From NCBI GenBank assembly GCA_031362415.1, contig JANLSK010000056.1:24814-88813 (forward strand): a stretch of 64,000 nt of DNA, written 5' to 3'. The notes under the pieces were generated by a model, which had not been told where the DNA came from, ran no database searches, and was given only the letters and a program-made list of their open reading frames with translations. Origin of the DNA: Actinomycetes bacterium. Its GTDB lineage: Bacteria; Actinomycetota; Acidimicrobiia; IMCC26256; VFJJ01. Numbering within the stretch: the stretch's first letter is position 1; every line of letters starts with the position of its first letter. The position numbers and the translations under genes are program-made. Positions 55,453 to 64,000 of this stretch are shown here, piece after piece.

Positions 55453-55518
55453 GTGCCGCCTCCAAGCACCTTCGGTGCGTCGGTGGCAAATTCGGGACCT
55501 CGCTCCGCTCGGCGGAAC
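55453..55518. repeat. Intergenic motif copy A (nuoD2-nuoH2 spacer)
   Basis: GTGCCGCCTCCAAG, then the hairpin GCACC-TTC-GGTGC, then a spacer, then GGGACCTCGCTCCGCTCGGCGGAAC. It is paralogous to 63184-63252. Confidence 0.75.
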
Positions 55519-55552
55519 GTCAACACCCAACCGCACGACTCGTTGCGAGAGG

Positions 55553-56614
55553 GTGCTGACCTTGGTTGACACGCTCGCGATTGGTTCCCACGTCCTCGCG
55601 GTCGACTTGGCCTGGGGATGGATCCTGGCCATCAAGACGGCCGTCGTCTTGAGCATCATCCCGTTCGGCGCGCTGCTGCTCGGCTACGTCTTCTTGCTCA
55701 AGATGATGAGCCACATGCAGAGCCGACTCGGGCCCATGGACCCGGGCGGGTTCCACGGCTGGTTCCAGCTCATCGGTGACGGCATCAAGTTCCTCCAGAA
55801 GGAGGACATCACCCCCGAGGGCGCCGACCGCCGCGTGTTCGCCATGGCGCCGGCGGTCATCCTCGTCTCCACGTTCCTCGTGTACATCGTGATCCCCGTC
55901 GGGCCCCGACTGATCGTGCGCGACCTCGACGTGGGCATCTTCTTCGCCCTGGCCGTGTCGTCGCTCTCGGTCATCGGCGTGCTCATGGCCGGCTGGGCCT
56001 CGGCCAACAAGTACGCACTCATCGGCGCCTTGCGGGCCGCCGGTCAGCTCATCGCCTACGAGCTCCCTCTGGTGCTGGCCACCGTCGGTGTCGTCATCCA
56101 GGCCGGCACCATGAGCCTCCAGGGCATCGTGCACGCCCAGCAGAACGGTGAGATCTTCGGCTGGGGCGGCATCGGCAACCCGTTCATCCTCACCCAGATC
56201 GTGGGCTTCCTCCTCTTCCTCACCGCGGCCCAGGCCGAGCTCACCCAGACGCCCTTCGACATGCCGGTCGCCGAGTCCGAGATCGTCGGCGGCTACTACG
56301 TGGAGTACACGGGCTTTCGTTTCCTGTTCTTCTTCATGGGCGAGTTCGGGACGGCCTTCGCCTTCGCCGGCATCGCCGCCACGCTGTTCCTCGGCGGCTG
56401 GTCGATCCCCTGGGTGGACGGGACCGCCGCCGACGTGCTGGGCCCGATCGTCATGCTCACCAAGGTGATGCTCGTGGCGTTCCTCATCTTCTGGGTGCGC
56501 TTCACCTATCCCCGGTTCCGTGAAGACCAGCTCCAGTCGATCGCGTGGAAGTACCTCATTCCGCTCTCGCTCGTGAACATTGTCGTCACCGGCATCTTGA
56601 AGGTGGCCGTCTGA
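55553..56614 (+). CDS. nuoH: Complex-I-like subunit H, second copy
   Basis: Motifs are [18 protein letters not shown] and [20 protein letters not shown]. The GTG 55553 start is tentative. Confidence 0.9.
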   Translation: MLTLVDTLAIGSHVLAVDLAWGWILAIKTAVVLSIIPFGALLLGYVFLLKMMSHMQSRLGPMDPGGFHGWFQLIGDGIKFLQKEDITPEGADRRVFAMAPAVILVSTFLVYIVIPVGPRLIVRDLDVGIFFALAVSSLSVIGVLMAGWASANKYALIGALRAAGQLIAYELPLVLATVGVVIQAGTMSLQGIVHAQQNGEIFGWGGIGNPFILTQIVGFLLFLTAAQAELTQTPFDMPVAESEIVGGYYVEYTGFRFLFFFMGEFGTAFAFAGIAATLFLGGWSIPWVDGTAADVLGPIVMLTKVMLVAFLIFWVRFTYPRFREDQLQSIAWKYLIPLSLVNIVVTGILKVAV

Positions 56615-57108
56615 TGCCGAAGTTCCCCAAGCCCAAGCTCCCCGGCGTCATCAGCGGTCTGGGCATCACGTTCCGCACGATGCTCAAGCCGGCGGTGACC
56701 GTCCAGTACCCGCACGAGAAGGAAGAGCCCGTCACCCGGGCTCGAGGCGTCATCGCCCTCAAGGAAGAGAACTGCACGGCGTGCATGCTGTGCGGGCGAT
56801 CCTGCCCCGACTGGTGCATCTACATCGAGGGCCACAAGGAGAAGCGGCCGCCGCGCCGGGCCGGGGGCAAGCCCCGCACGGTCAACATCCTCGACCGCTT
56901 CGACATCGACTACGCGCTGTGCATGTACTGCGGGATCTGCGTCGAGGTGTGCCCGTTCGACGCCCTCTTCTGGACGCCGGAATTCGAGTACTCCGAGAAC
57001 CGCATCGCCGATCTCCTCCACGACAAGGACCGGCTGGGCGAGTGGATGGCCACCGTCCCCACCCCGCCGCCCCTCGAAGTCGGTGCCCTCGTGAAGGGGA
57101 AAAAGTAG
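56614..57108 (+). CDS. nuoI: Complex-I-like subunit I, second copy
   Basis: Cluster motifs are [12 protein letters not shown] and [12 protein letters not shown]. The start shares one nucleotide with the nuoH2 stop (TGATG). Confidence 0.95.
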   Translation: MPKFPKPKLPGVISGLGITFRTMLKPAVTVQYPHEKEEPVTRARGVIALKEENCTACMLCGRSCPDWCIYIEGHKEKRPPRRAGGKPRTVNILDRFDIDYALCMYCGICVEVCPFDALFWTPEFEYSENRIADLLHDKDRLGEWMATVPTPPPLEVGALVKGKK

Positions 57109-57602
57109 TGGGCCCCGAGAACGTCGCCTTCGCCGTGATCGCCGCGTCCATGGTCTTCTCGGCCATTCGCGTGGTCACCACTCGCAACATCGTGCACGCC
57201 GCGCTGTACCTCGTGATCGTGCTGGCCGGGATCGCCGCGCAGTACATCCTCCTGGCTTCCGAGTTCCTGGCCTGGGTCCAGGTCCTCATCTACATCGGTG
57301 CGGTGCTGGTGCTGTTCCTGTTCGGGATCATGCTCACCAAGGCTCCCATGCGCGGCGACAACGACCTCGACAACGACCAGCGCTGGCCGGCGGCCATCGC
57401 GTCGTTGTTCCTCGCCGGGGTGCTCGGCACGATCCTCGTCGACGGCTACGGCGATGTCGAGATCGCCGAGCCCGAGCAGATCGTGCGCACCGGCGACCTG
57501 GGGCGCACCATTTTCCACGACTGGGTCATCCCCTTCGAGGTGGTCTCCATGCTCTTGCTGGGTGCGCTCATCGGCGCCATCGTGATCGCCCGGAGGGACT
57601 GA
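57108..57602 (+). CDS. nuoJ: Complex-I-like subunit J, second copy
   Basis: Motifs are WVQVLIYIGAVLVLFLFGIML and FEVVSMLLLGALIGA. The GTG shares one nucleotide with the nuoI2 stop (TAGTG). Confidence 0.9.
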   Translation: MGPENVAFAVIAASMVFSAIRVVTTRNIVHAALYLVIVLAGIAAQYILLASEFLAWVQVLIYIGAVLVLFLFGIMLTKAPMRGDNDLDNDQRWPAAIASLFLAGVLGTILVDGYGDVEIAEPEQIVRTGDLGRTIFHDWVIPFEVVSMLLLGALIGAIVIARRD

Positions 57603-57608
57603 CGCACG

Positions 57609-57911
57609 ATGGCGCTCAACCAGTTCCTCCTCCTCAGCCTGTTCCTGTTCTGCACCGGCGTCTACGGCGCGTTGGTCAGACGCAGCGGTGTGCTCGTGCT
57701 CATGAGCATCGAGCTCATGCTCAACGCCGCCAACTTGAACCTGGTGGCCTTCTCGGCCTTCTACAAGGGCGAGCTCTCCGGACAGGTCTTCGCGCTGTTC
57801 GTGATCGCCATCGCCGCCGCCGAGGTGGGCGTGGGTCTGGCCATCGTCCTGCTCCTGTATCGCAACCTGTCGTCGGCCGATCTCGATCGTGCCGACTCGA
57901 TGAAGGGCTGA
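57609..57911 (+). CDS. nuoK: Complex-I-like subunit K, second copy
   Basis: 100 aa, with [12 protein letters not shown] and [11 protein letters not shown]. Confidence 0.9.
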   Translation: MALNQFLLLSLFLFCTGVYGALVRRSGVLVLMSIELMLNAANLNLVAFSAFYKGELSGQVFALFVIAIAAAEVGVGLAIVLLLYRNLSSADLDRADSMKG

Positions 57912-57921
57912 GGGAACTCGA

Positions 57922-60063
57922 ATGGCGCATTGGGCCTTCTTGATCCCGCTCGTCCCTGCGGTCTCGTACTTCGTGATCTTGCTGTTCGGCAAGCGCTTCG
58001 GGGAACGATGCTCGTACATCGGCATCGCGGCACTGAGCGCGGCGTGGGTCATGGCCGCGATCAACGTCTACCAGTGGATCGACCGGCGCGAGATCGTGCG
58101 CGAGTCGATCGAATGGTTCGAGTGGGGTGGCGGCTCGATCCGGGTCGGCACCCACGTCGACGGCCTGGCCACGATGATGCTCTTCGTCGTCACCTCGGTG
58201 TCGCTGCTCGTGCACGTCTACTCGCTCGAGTACCTACGCGGCGATCGGCGCTACACGCACTACTACGCGGCGCTGTCGTTGTTCTCGGCCTCGATGCTGA
58301 TGCTCGTCATCGCCGACAACACGCTGGCGCTGCTCACGTCGTGGGAGCTCGTCGGCCTGTGCTCGTTCATGCTCATCAGCCATTGGTGGGAGGACAAGGA
58401 CAACTCCAACGCCGGCCTCAAGGCGTTCATCACCAACCGGGTGGGCGACGTCGGGTTGATCGTCGGGATCATCATCCTGTACTTCGTCGCCGGGAAGACC
58501 TTCGACATCGACACCATCAACTCGGCCGCGCTGTCGGGCTCCATCCGCCACGGCACACTCCTCATCGCGGCGGTGTGCCTGCTGGCCGCGGTGTGCTCGA
58601 AGTCGGGTCAGGTACCGTTGCACATCTGGCTCCCCGATGCCATGGCCGGACCCACGCCGGTCTCCGCGCTCATCCACGCCGCCACCATGGTCGTGGCTGG
58701 CGTGTACATGGTGGCCCGGCTCTACGGCGTGTTCTTCGCCGGCTTATCGATCGACGAGGGGGGCATGAACCTCCTGGCGCTCGTCGGTGGCGTCACCATG
58801 GTCATCGGTGCGTCGATGGCCTTCGTGCAGAACGACATCAAGCGAGTGCTCGCGTACTCCACCATCTCCCAGCTCGGATACATGGTCGCGGCGTTGGGCG
58901 TCGGAGCGTGGACGGGCGGCGTCTTCCATCTCTTCACCCACGCATTCTTCAAGGCCTGTCTGTTCCTTGGAGCCGGTTCGCTCTCGCACGCCTGCCACCA
59001 CACGTTCGACATGCGTGAGATGGGTGGGCTGCGCAAGAAGATGCCCACCACGTTCCTCACGTTCACGATCGGCACGCTGGCGCTGGCTGGCGTACCGCCG
59101 CTCGCCGGCTTCTGGTCGAAGGACGAGATCCTCAACGGGGCCCGCGCCAACGACTTCCCGATCATCATGGTGCTGGGTTTCGTGGCCGCGATCATGACGG
59201 CTGCCTACATGGGCCGGGCGCTGTATCTCATCTTTTTCGGCCAGTACCGCGGCCACGCCCATCCTCACGAGTCGCCCAAGGTGATGATGATCCCGGTGTC
59301 GATCCTGGCCGGGCTTGCCGTCGTGGTCGGGCTCTTGAACGCTCCCTTCGCCGACTACCGGTTTGGGCAGTGGGTGAAGTTCGAGGTCGAGGTCGAGAAT
59401 CGGTACGGCGCCGCGGGCGAAGTCGCGGCGGCCGCTGAGGCTGAAGGTGAGCACGCGGCCGAGGGCGAGGTGGTGGCTGAGGCTGAGGGTGAGCACGCGG
59501 CCGAGGCTGAGCACGTGATCGTGCACTCCATCACCGAGATCAAGGAGTTGGCTCCCGGAGAGGTTGTCCTCTTCGAGCCCGAGGAGCACGAGTTCAACAT
59601 CGGCGTCGCCGGGAGCTCCGTGGCCATCGGCCTCGTCGGCTTGCTCATCGCGACCTGGATCTACCTCCTCCGCAAGGCGCCCAAGAACCTGCTGCTCGTC
59701 AATCCGTTCCGGGCGCTGTACACGCTCCTCCTCCAGAAGTACTACCTCGACAAGCTGGCCGTCGACGGAATCGCCAAGGGCACCGCCGGTCCCGTGGCCG
59801 ACGGCAGCTACTGGGTCAACCAGAAGATCATCGACGGCGCGGTCAACGGGGTCGGGGTCACGACCAAGAAGTACCTGGCGCCCTTCGCCTACGAGCAGCT
59901 CGACCAGTTCGTCGTCGATGGCCTGTACAACGGTCTGGGCGAGACCACCAAAGGCCTCGGGAGCGCGTTCCGCAAGCTGCAGAACGGTCGCATCCAGCGC
60001 TACGGCCTCTGGTTGTTCTTCGCTGTGGCCATCCTGGGCCTCGTCGTGGCGCTGCTCGCGTGA
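57922..60063 (+). CDS. nuoL: Complex-I-like subunit L, second copy
   Basis: Motifs are WELVGLCSFMLI and KSGQVPLHIWLPDAMAGPTPVSALIHAATMV. It has an acidic insert containing a 42-bp tandem duplication. Confidence 0.95.
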   Translation: MAHWAFLIPLVPAVSYFVILLFGKRFGERCSYIGIAALSAAWVMAAINVYQWIDRREIVRESIEWFEWGGGSIRVGTHVDGLATMMLFVVTSVSLLVHVYSLEYLRGDRRYTHYYAALSLFSASMLMLVIADNTLALLTSWELVGLCSFMLISHWWEDKDNSNAGLKAFITNRVGDVGLIVGIIILYFVAGKTFDIDTINSAALSGSIRHGTLLIAAVCLLAAVCSKSGQVPLHIWLPDAMAGPTPVSALIHAATMVVAGVYMVARLYGVFFAGLSIDEGGMNLLALVGGVTMVIGASMAFVQNDIKRVLAYSTISQLGYMVAALGVGAWTGGVFHLFTHAFFKACLFLGAGSLSHACHHTFDMREMGGLRKKMPTTFLTFTIGTLALAGVPPLAGFWSKDEILNGARANDFPIIMVLGFVAAIMTAAYMGRALYLIFFGQYRGHAHPHESPKVMMIPVSILAGLAVVVGLLNAPFADYRFGQWVKFEVEVENRYGAAGEVAAAAEAEGEHAAEGEVVAEAEGEHAAEAEHVIVHSITEIKELAPGEVVLFEPEEHEFNIGVAGSSVAIGLVGLLIATWIYLLRKAPKNLLLVNPFRALYTLLLQKYYLDKLAVDGIAKGTAGPVADGSYWVNQKIIDGAVNGVGVTTKKYLAPFAYEQLDQFVVDGLYNGLGETTKGLGSAFRKLQNGRIQRYGLWLFFAVAILGLVVALLA
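59434..59517. repeat. In-frame 42-bp tandem duplication inside nuoL2
   Basis: Units at 59434-59475 and 59476-59517 encode AEAEGEHAAEGEVV and AEAEGEHAAEAEHV, with few mismatches. Confidence 0.9.
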
Positions 60064-60124
60064 ACCGATCCTCGAACGTCGCCCGTCCCACACCTGAACG
60101 CATGAACCGAGAAGGATTCCCGGA

Positions 60125-61684
60125 ATGAACTGGTTCGACGACTGGGGTATCACGCTCACGGTGTTCATCCCCATCGTGGGAGCGATCATCCTCCTGCTCA
60201 TCCCGAAGAGCGAGGAGGAGACGATCAAGGGTGTCGCCCTGCTCACCTCGCTCGTCACCATGGGCTTCGCCATCGGACTCATGGCTGAGTTCGACTACGA
60301 CGACACGGCGAGGCTGCAGTTCGAGGTGAACAAGTCGTGGATCGACGTCATCAACAGCCGCTATCACGTGGCCCTCGATGGCATCAGTCTTCCTCTGGTT
60401 TTGCTCTCGGCGCTCATTATCGTGCTGTGCATCGTCTATTCGTGGAACCACTTTCCTGAACCCCACAACCCCAAGGCGCTCTTGGCGTTGATGCTCGTGC
60501 TCGAGACGGGCATGATCGGTACCTTTGTGGCCCAGGACCTCATCCTCTTCTTCATCTTCTTCGAGGTCGTTCTGCTCCCGATGTACTTCATGATCGGGGT
60601 GTGGGGCGGTAAGAACCGCGAGTACGCCTCGATCAAGTTCTTCCTCTTCACCCTGTTCGGTTCGGCGCTCATGCTCTTGAGCTTCCTGGCCGTGTACTTC
60701 AGCTCGAAGGATCCCGTCACCGGACAGCACACCTTCGACATCGTCACGCTGTCGACCGCGGGCGTGCTCGACGTCTCGAAGACCGCGGCGGTCGTCATGT
60801 TCGGCGGCATGTTCCTGGGCTTCGGGATCAAGGTCCCGATGTTCCCGTTCCACACCTGGCTCCCCGACGCGCACACCGAGGCGCCCACCGTCGGCTCGGT
60901 GATCCTGGCCGCAGTGCTCCTGAAGCTCGGGACCTACGGCTTCATCCGCATCGCCTTGCCGATCCTGCCCGAAGGGGCTCAGGAGTGGGCGCCCTACATC
61001 GGGCTCCTCGCCGTGATCGGCATCATCTACGGGGCGCTCAACTGTCTGGCCCAACGAGACGTGAAACGGCTCATCGCCTTCTCGTCGGTGGCGCACATGG
61101 GTTTCGTGATGCTCGGCATCGCCACGCTCACGACCGCCGGCATCAATGCCGCCGTGTTCGGCATGGTGGCCCACGGTCTCATCACCGGCTTGTTGTTCTT
61201 CGTAGCCGGCTCGATGCAAGAGCGCTACCACACCCGGGAGATGTCGAGGCTGGGAGGCTTGTTGATCTCCGCTCCCAAGATGGGCTGGATCCTGGGCTTC
61301 ACGGCCATGGCCTCGCTCGGACTCCCCGGCCTCGCCGGCTTCTGGGGCGAGTTTCCGGCGATCCTGGCGGCGTACGAGCCGCTGAGCGTGCTCTCGGAGG
61401 AGACCTTCCGAACGTACATGGTGATCGCCGCGGTCGGCACCGTGCTCGCCGCGGCCTACCTGCTCGTCATGTACCAACGGGTCGCCATGGGCGAGGTGCC
61501 CGAGGAGTTCAGGGACGAGCACATCCACGACGTGCACGGGCCTGAATGGATCGCCTGGGCCCCCATGCTGATCCTCATCCTGGCCCTCGGGATCTATCCG
61601 AAGCTGCTCTTCGGTATCACCGACGACGCGGTCAAGCACGTGACCGAGGGCATCGCCACCGCGCTCAACGCGACCGCGAAGTAG
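60125..61684 (+). CDS. nuoM: Complex-I-like subunit M, second copy
   Basis: Motifs are FFEVVLLPMYFMI and KVPMFPFHTWLPDAHTEAPTVGSVILAAVLLK. Confidence 0.95.
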   Translation: MNWFDDWGITLTVFIPIVGAIILLLIPKSEEETIKGVALLTSLVTMGFAIGLMAEFDYDDTARLQFEVNKSWIDVINSRYHVALDGISLPLVLLSALIIVLCIVYSWNHFPEPHNPKALLALMLVLETGMIGTFVAQDLILFFIFFEVVLLPMYFMIGVWGGKNREYASIKFFLFTLFGSALMLLSFLAVYFSSKDPVTGQHTFDIVTLSTAGVLDVSKTAAVVMFGGMFLGFGIKVPMFPFHTWLPDAHTEAPTVGSVILAAVLLKLGTYGFIRIALPILPEGAQEWAPYIGLLAVIGIIYGALNCLAQRDVKRLIAFSSVAHMGFVMLGIATLTTAGINAAVFGMVAHGLITGLLFFVAGSMQERYHTREMSRLGGLLISAPKMGWILGFTAMASLGLPGLAGFWGEFPAILAAYEPLSVLSEETFRTYMVIAAVGTVLAAAYLLVMYQRVAMGEVPEEFRDEHIHDVHGPEWIAWAPMLILILALGIYPKLLFGITDDAVKHVTEGIATALNATAK

Positions 61685-61690
61685 CGATCG

Positions 61691-63184
61691 GTGCTGAGCG
61701 TGGGCATCCCGGCACCCGACATCGACTACCACGCGCTCGCGCCCGAGATCGTGATCGTGGGCACGATCCTCGTGATCCTGCTCGTCGACTTGATCTTCGG
61801 CGATCGGGCGCGGGCCCAGGCGTCGCGGATCGCGGCGTTCGGCGTGCTTGGGGCGCTCATCCCCGTCCTCACGCTGGGGGCCGACGGCGGCGACGTCAGC
61901 ATGTTCAACGGCACGTTCGTCGTCGACAACTTCGCCCTCATCATGAAGGCGTTCTTTCTCGTCGTCACGTACCTGGTGATCCTGGTGTCGGTCGATGCCA
62001 TGTCCGAGAGCGACGTCGCCGAGCCCGAGTACTACGTCATGACCCTCACTGCGCTCCTCGGCATGATGGTCATGGGATCGAGCCGCGATCTCATCACGAT
62101 CTTCGTCGCCCTCGAGACGATCTCCATCCCCACCTACCTGCTGGCCGGATGGAAGAAGCACGAGCACAAGTCGAACGAGGCGATGCTCAAGTACTTCATC
62201 TTCGGCGTGTTGTCGTCGGCCGTGATGCTCTACGGCATGTCGCTCGTGTACGGCGCCACCGGTTCCACGTTGTTGTCGGTCATCTCCGAGGGCCCCCGCA
62301 CGAACCTCGGCCAGGACCTGGGCACGGTGATGAACGTGGGGATCTTCCTCACGCTGGTCGGCTTCGCCTTCAAGGTGAGCGCCGTACCGTTCCACTTCTG
62401 GACGCCCGACACCTACGAGGGCGCGCCAACGCCGGTCACGGCCTTCCTCTCGGTGGCATCGAAGGCCGGCGGCATGGTCGCCATCTTCTCGCTGATCTAC
62501 GCCGGTTTCTACGGCCGTACCGATGCCTGGCAGCCCATCATCTGGGTCATGGCGGCGCTGTCGATGACCGTGGGCAACATGATCGCGACGAAGCAGACGA
62601 ACATCGTCCGCATGCTCGCCTATTCGTCGATCGCCCAGGCCGGTTTCATGCTCGTGCCCTTTGCCGTTGCGCCCGAGGACGGGGCGAACTCATATCAGAG
62701 CGCCTTCTCGGCCACGGTCATCTACATGCTCATCTATGGCGCCATGAACATCGGGGCCTTCGCCACGCTCATGGCCATAGCCCGGCGTACCCGATCCGGG
62801 GAGATCACGAGCTTCTCGGGGCTTTTCAGCTACGCACCAACCCTGGCCATGATGATGTCGATCTTCCTCATGTCGCTCGCCGGTGTCCCGATCTTCGCCG
62901 GCTGGTTCGCCAAGTACGTCATGTTCCAGGCCACGATCGAGGGCGGCACCGGGATGGCCTATGCGCTCGGCATCGTCGCCGCGGTCAACTCGGTGATCGC
63001 GTTCTTCTACTACGGCAACGTCGTCCGGCTGATGTTCTTCCGGGAGCCCACCGTCGAGGACCGCTCCCCGATCCGGGTACCCACCGCGCTGGGCACGGCG
63101 ATCGCCCTGTGCGCCATCACGACCGTGGCCGTGGGGATCTACCCCGAGCTCTTCGCCCGCCTGGGCGAGCGCACACCGTTCTAG
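61691..63184 (+). CDS. nuoN: Complex-I-like subunit N, second copy
   Basis: Motifs are LETISIPTYLLA and KVSAVPFHFWTPDTYEGAPTPVTAFL. It has a GTG start. Confidence 0.95.
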   Translation: MLSVGIPAPDIDYHALAPEIVIVGTILVILLVDLIFGDRARAQASRIAAFGVLGALIPVLTLGADGGDVSMFNGTFVVDNFALIMKAFFLVVTYLVILVSVDAMSESDVAEPEYYVMTLTALLGMMVMGSSRDLITIFVALETISIPTYLLAGWKKHEHKSNEAMLKYFIFGVLSSAVMLYGMSLVYGATGSTLLSVISEGPRTNLGQDLGTVMNVGIFLTLVGFAFKVSAVPFHFWTPDTYEGAPTPVTAFLSVASKAGGMVAIFSLIYAGFYGRTDAWQPIIWVMAALSMTVGNMIATKQTNIVRMLAYSSIAQAGFMLVPFAVAPEDGANSYQSAFSATVIYMLIYGAMNIGAFATLMAIARRTRSGEITSFSGLFSYAPTLAMMMSIFLMSLAGVPIFAGWFAKYVMFQATIEGGTGMAYALGIVAAVNSVIAFFYYGNVVRLMFFREPTVEDRSPIRVPTALGTAIALCAITTVAVGIYPELFARLGERTPF

Positions 63185-63252
63185 TGCCGGCTCCAAGGCG
63201 CCTGGCGGCGCCGTCGCCGGCGCCGTCGGGACCTCGCTGCGCTCGGCGGAAC
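63184..63252. repeat. Intergenic motif copy B (nuoN2-midA spacer)
   Basis: GTGCCGGCTCCAAG, then the hairpin GGCGCC-TGGC-GGCGCC, then a spacer, then GGGACCTCGCTGCGCTCGGCGGAAC. An inverted partial copy (CGGCGAGCGGAGCG) follows at about 63279-63292. Confidence 0.75.
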
Positions 63253-63293
63253 CCCTGCACCGTGCCGGGTGGCGGTCGGCGAGCGGAGCGCAT

Positions 63294-64000
63294 GTGATTG
63301 CTGACCAGCTCCGAGAGCTGATCGAGCGGGTCGGCCCGCTCAGCTTCGAGACGTTCATGGATGCCGCGCTCTACGACGAGGGCGGCTTCTTCGCATCAGG
63401 CGGCGGGGCAGGCCGCGCTGGCGCCGACTTCATCACCAGCGTCGAGACGGGCAGCCTGTTCGGCGCGCTCGTGGCCCGTGAGATCGATCGGTGGTGGGAG
63501 CGCCTGGGCTGGCCCGAACCGTTCGTGGTCCTCGACGTGGGCGCCGGACGGGGCCAGCTGGCGCGTGACGTGCTGCGCGCCAGCCCGGCCTGTGCTGCGC
63601 AGTTGCGGTACGTGCTCGTCGAGCGATCGGCCATGCTCAGGGAGCTCCACCGTGACCACCTCCCCTGGGAGCCACCCGAGGACGTGCTGGGACCCACGGC
63701 CCCGGACGCAGACGAGGACGGAGACGCAGACGAAGACGAAGACGGAGACGACGCGGCCCCGGGTGGAGCCCCGGCCCGCCATCGTGGTCCCCTGGTCACC
63801 TCGTTGGCCGACCTGCCGGCGACCCCGATCACCGGTCTGATCATCGCCAACGAGCTGCTCGACAATCTTCCGTTCGTGCTCGCCGAGCGCACGTCGACGG
63901 GCTGGTCGGAGGTTCGGGTGGGCTTCGACGGTCTTCGCTTCGCCGAGTGTCTCGTGCCGGCCGGGCCGCCGCTGGTCGACCTGATCGGTCGACTCCTGCC
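63294..64000 (+). CDS. MidA/NDUFAF7-family (DUF185) SAM-dependent methyltransferase, 3' end outside window
   Basis: The frame is open from GTG 63294 to the window end and is not in the ORF track because no stop is reached. Motifs are LSFETFMDAALYDEGGFF, ADFITSVETGSLFG, LDVGAGRGQLARDVL and IIANELLDNLPF. It has an Asp/Glu/Gly-rich insert. Confidence 0.75.
   Translation, partial: MIADQLRELIERVGPLSFETFMDAALYDEGGFFASGGGAGRAGADFITSVETGSLFGALVAREIDRWWERLGWPEPFVVLDVGAGRGQLARDVLRASPACAAQLRYVLVERSAMLRELHRDHLPWEPPEDVLGPTAPDADEDGDADEDEDGDDAAPGGAPARHRGPLVTSLADLPATPITGLIIANELLDNLPFVLAERTSTGWSEVRVGFDGLRFAECLVPAGPPLVDLIGRLL

Noticed and set aside
59858-62395. Very long antisense ORFs opposite nuo genes, including the 845-aa ORF here and others at 48928-50925, 47549-49246, 45597-47315, 36280-38514, 10793-12520 and 33279-35114.
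   Set aside because: Their translations are low-complexity (R/G/D/E/H/P-rich) with no recognisable motifs. They lie exactly opposite genes with strong family signatures, so they are classic shadow ORFs.

Overview
This is a high-GC chromosomal segment of actinobacterial type (mshA, an RsiG-like gene and a rex-hem operon are present), dominated by respiratory-chain and haem genes. From 0 to 15 kb it carries a partial ABC1-kinase gene, an MBOAT O-acyltransferase and a Kelch-like propeller split over two ATGA-coupled ORFs. These are followed by an apparently intact ~1.1-kb IS1595-family element, an SGNH hydrolase, an SRAP peptidase, a GT2 transferase and an acyl-CoA ligase. A Lon-N-domain protein, a MoaD-like carrier, an M23 peptidase, an RsiG-like c-di-GMP anti-sigma candidate and mshA-ybjN complete this part. 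From 15 to 21 kb lies a nine-gene operon for a split b6-type Rieske/cytochrome b complex. It encodes b6, subunit IV, a Rieske protein and a dihaem cytochrome c, together with its own 2x[4Fe-4S] ferredoxin and three unclassifiable membrane proteins. From 21 to 35 kb there is a convergent rex-hemA-hemC-hemD-hemB-hemL operon, a cupredoxin lipoprotein, a SAM hydrolase (DUF62) gene, a small HTH gene, proC, NYN and SDR genes and a geranylgeranyl reductase. From 35 to 51 kb lies a complete nuoA-N operon. After a patatin gene, a second 11-gene nuo cluster without nuoEFG occupies 52.6-63.2 kb and is followed directly by a MidA/NDUFAF7-like methyltransferase that is cut by the window end. Rex-operator-like palindromes precede the b6c operon, rex itself and the second nuo cluster. 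I found no rRNA, tRNA or CRISPR. All family calls rest on motif recognition by eye; no database search or folding computation was possible. Start codons are often uncertain, because GTG starts and 4-nt start/stop overlaps are common here.
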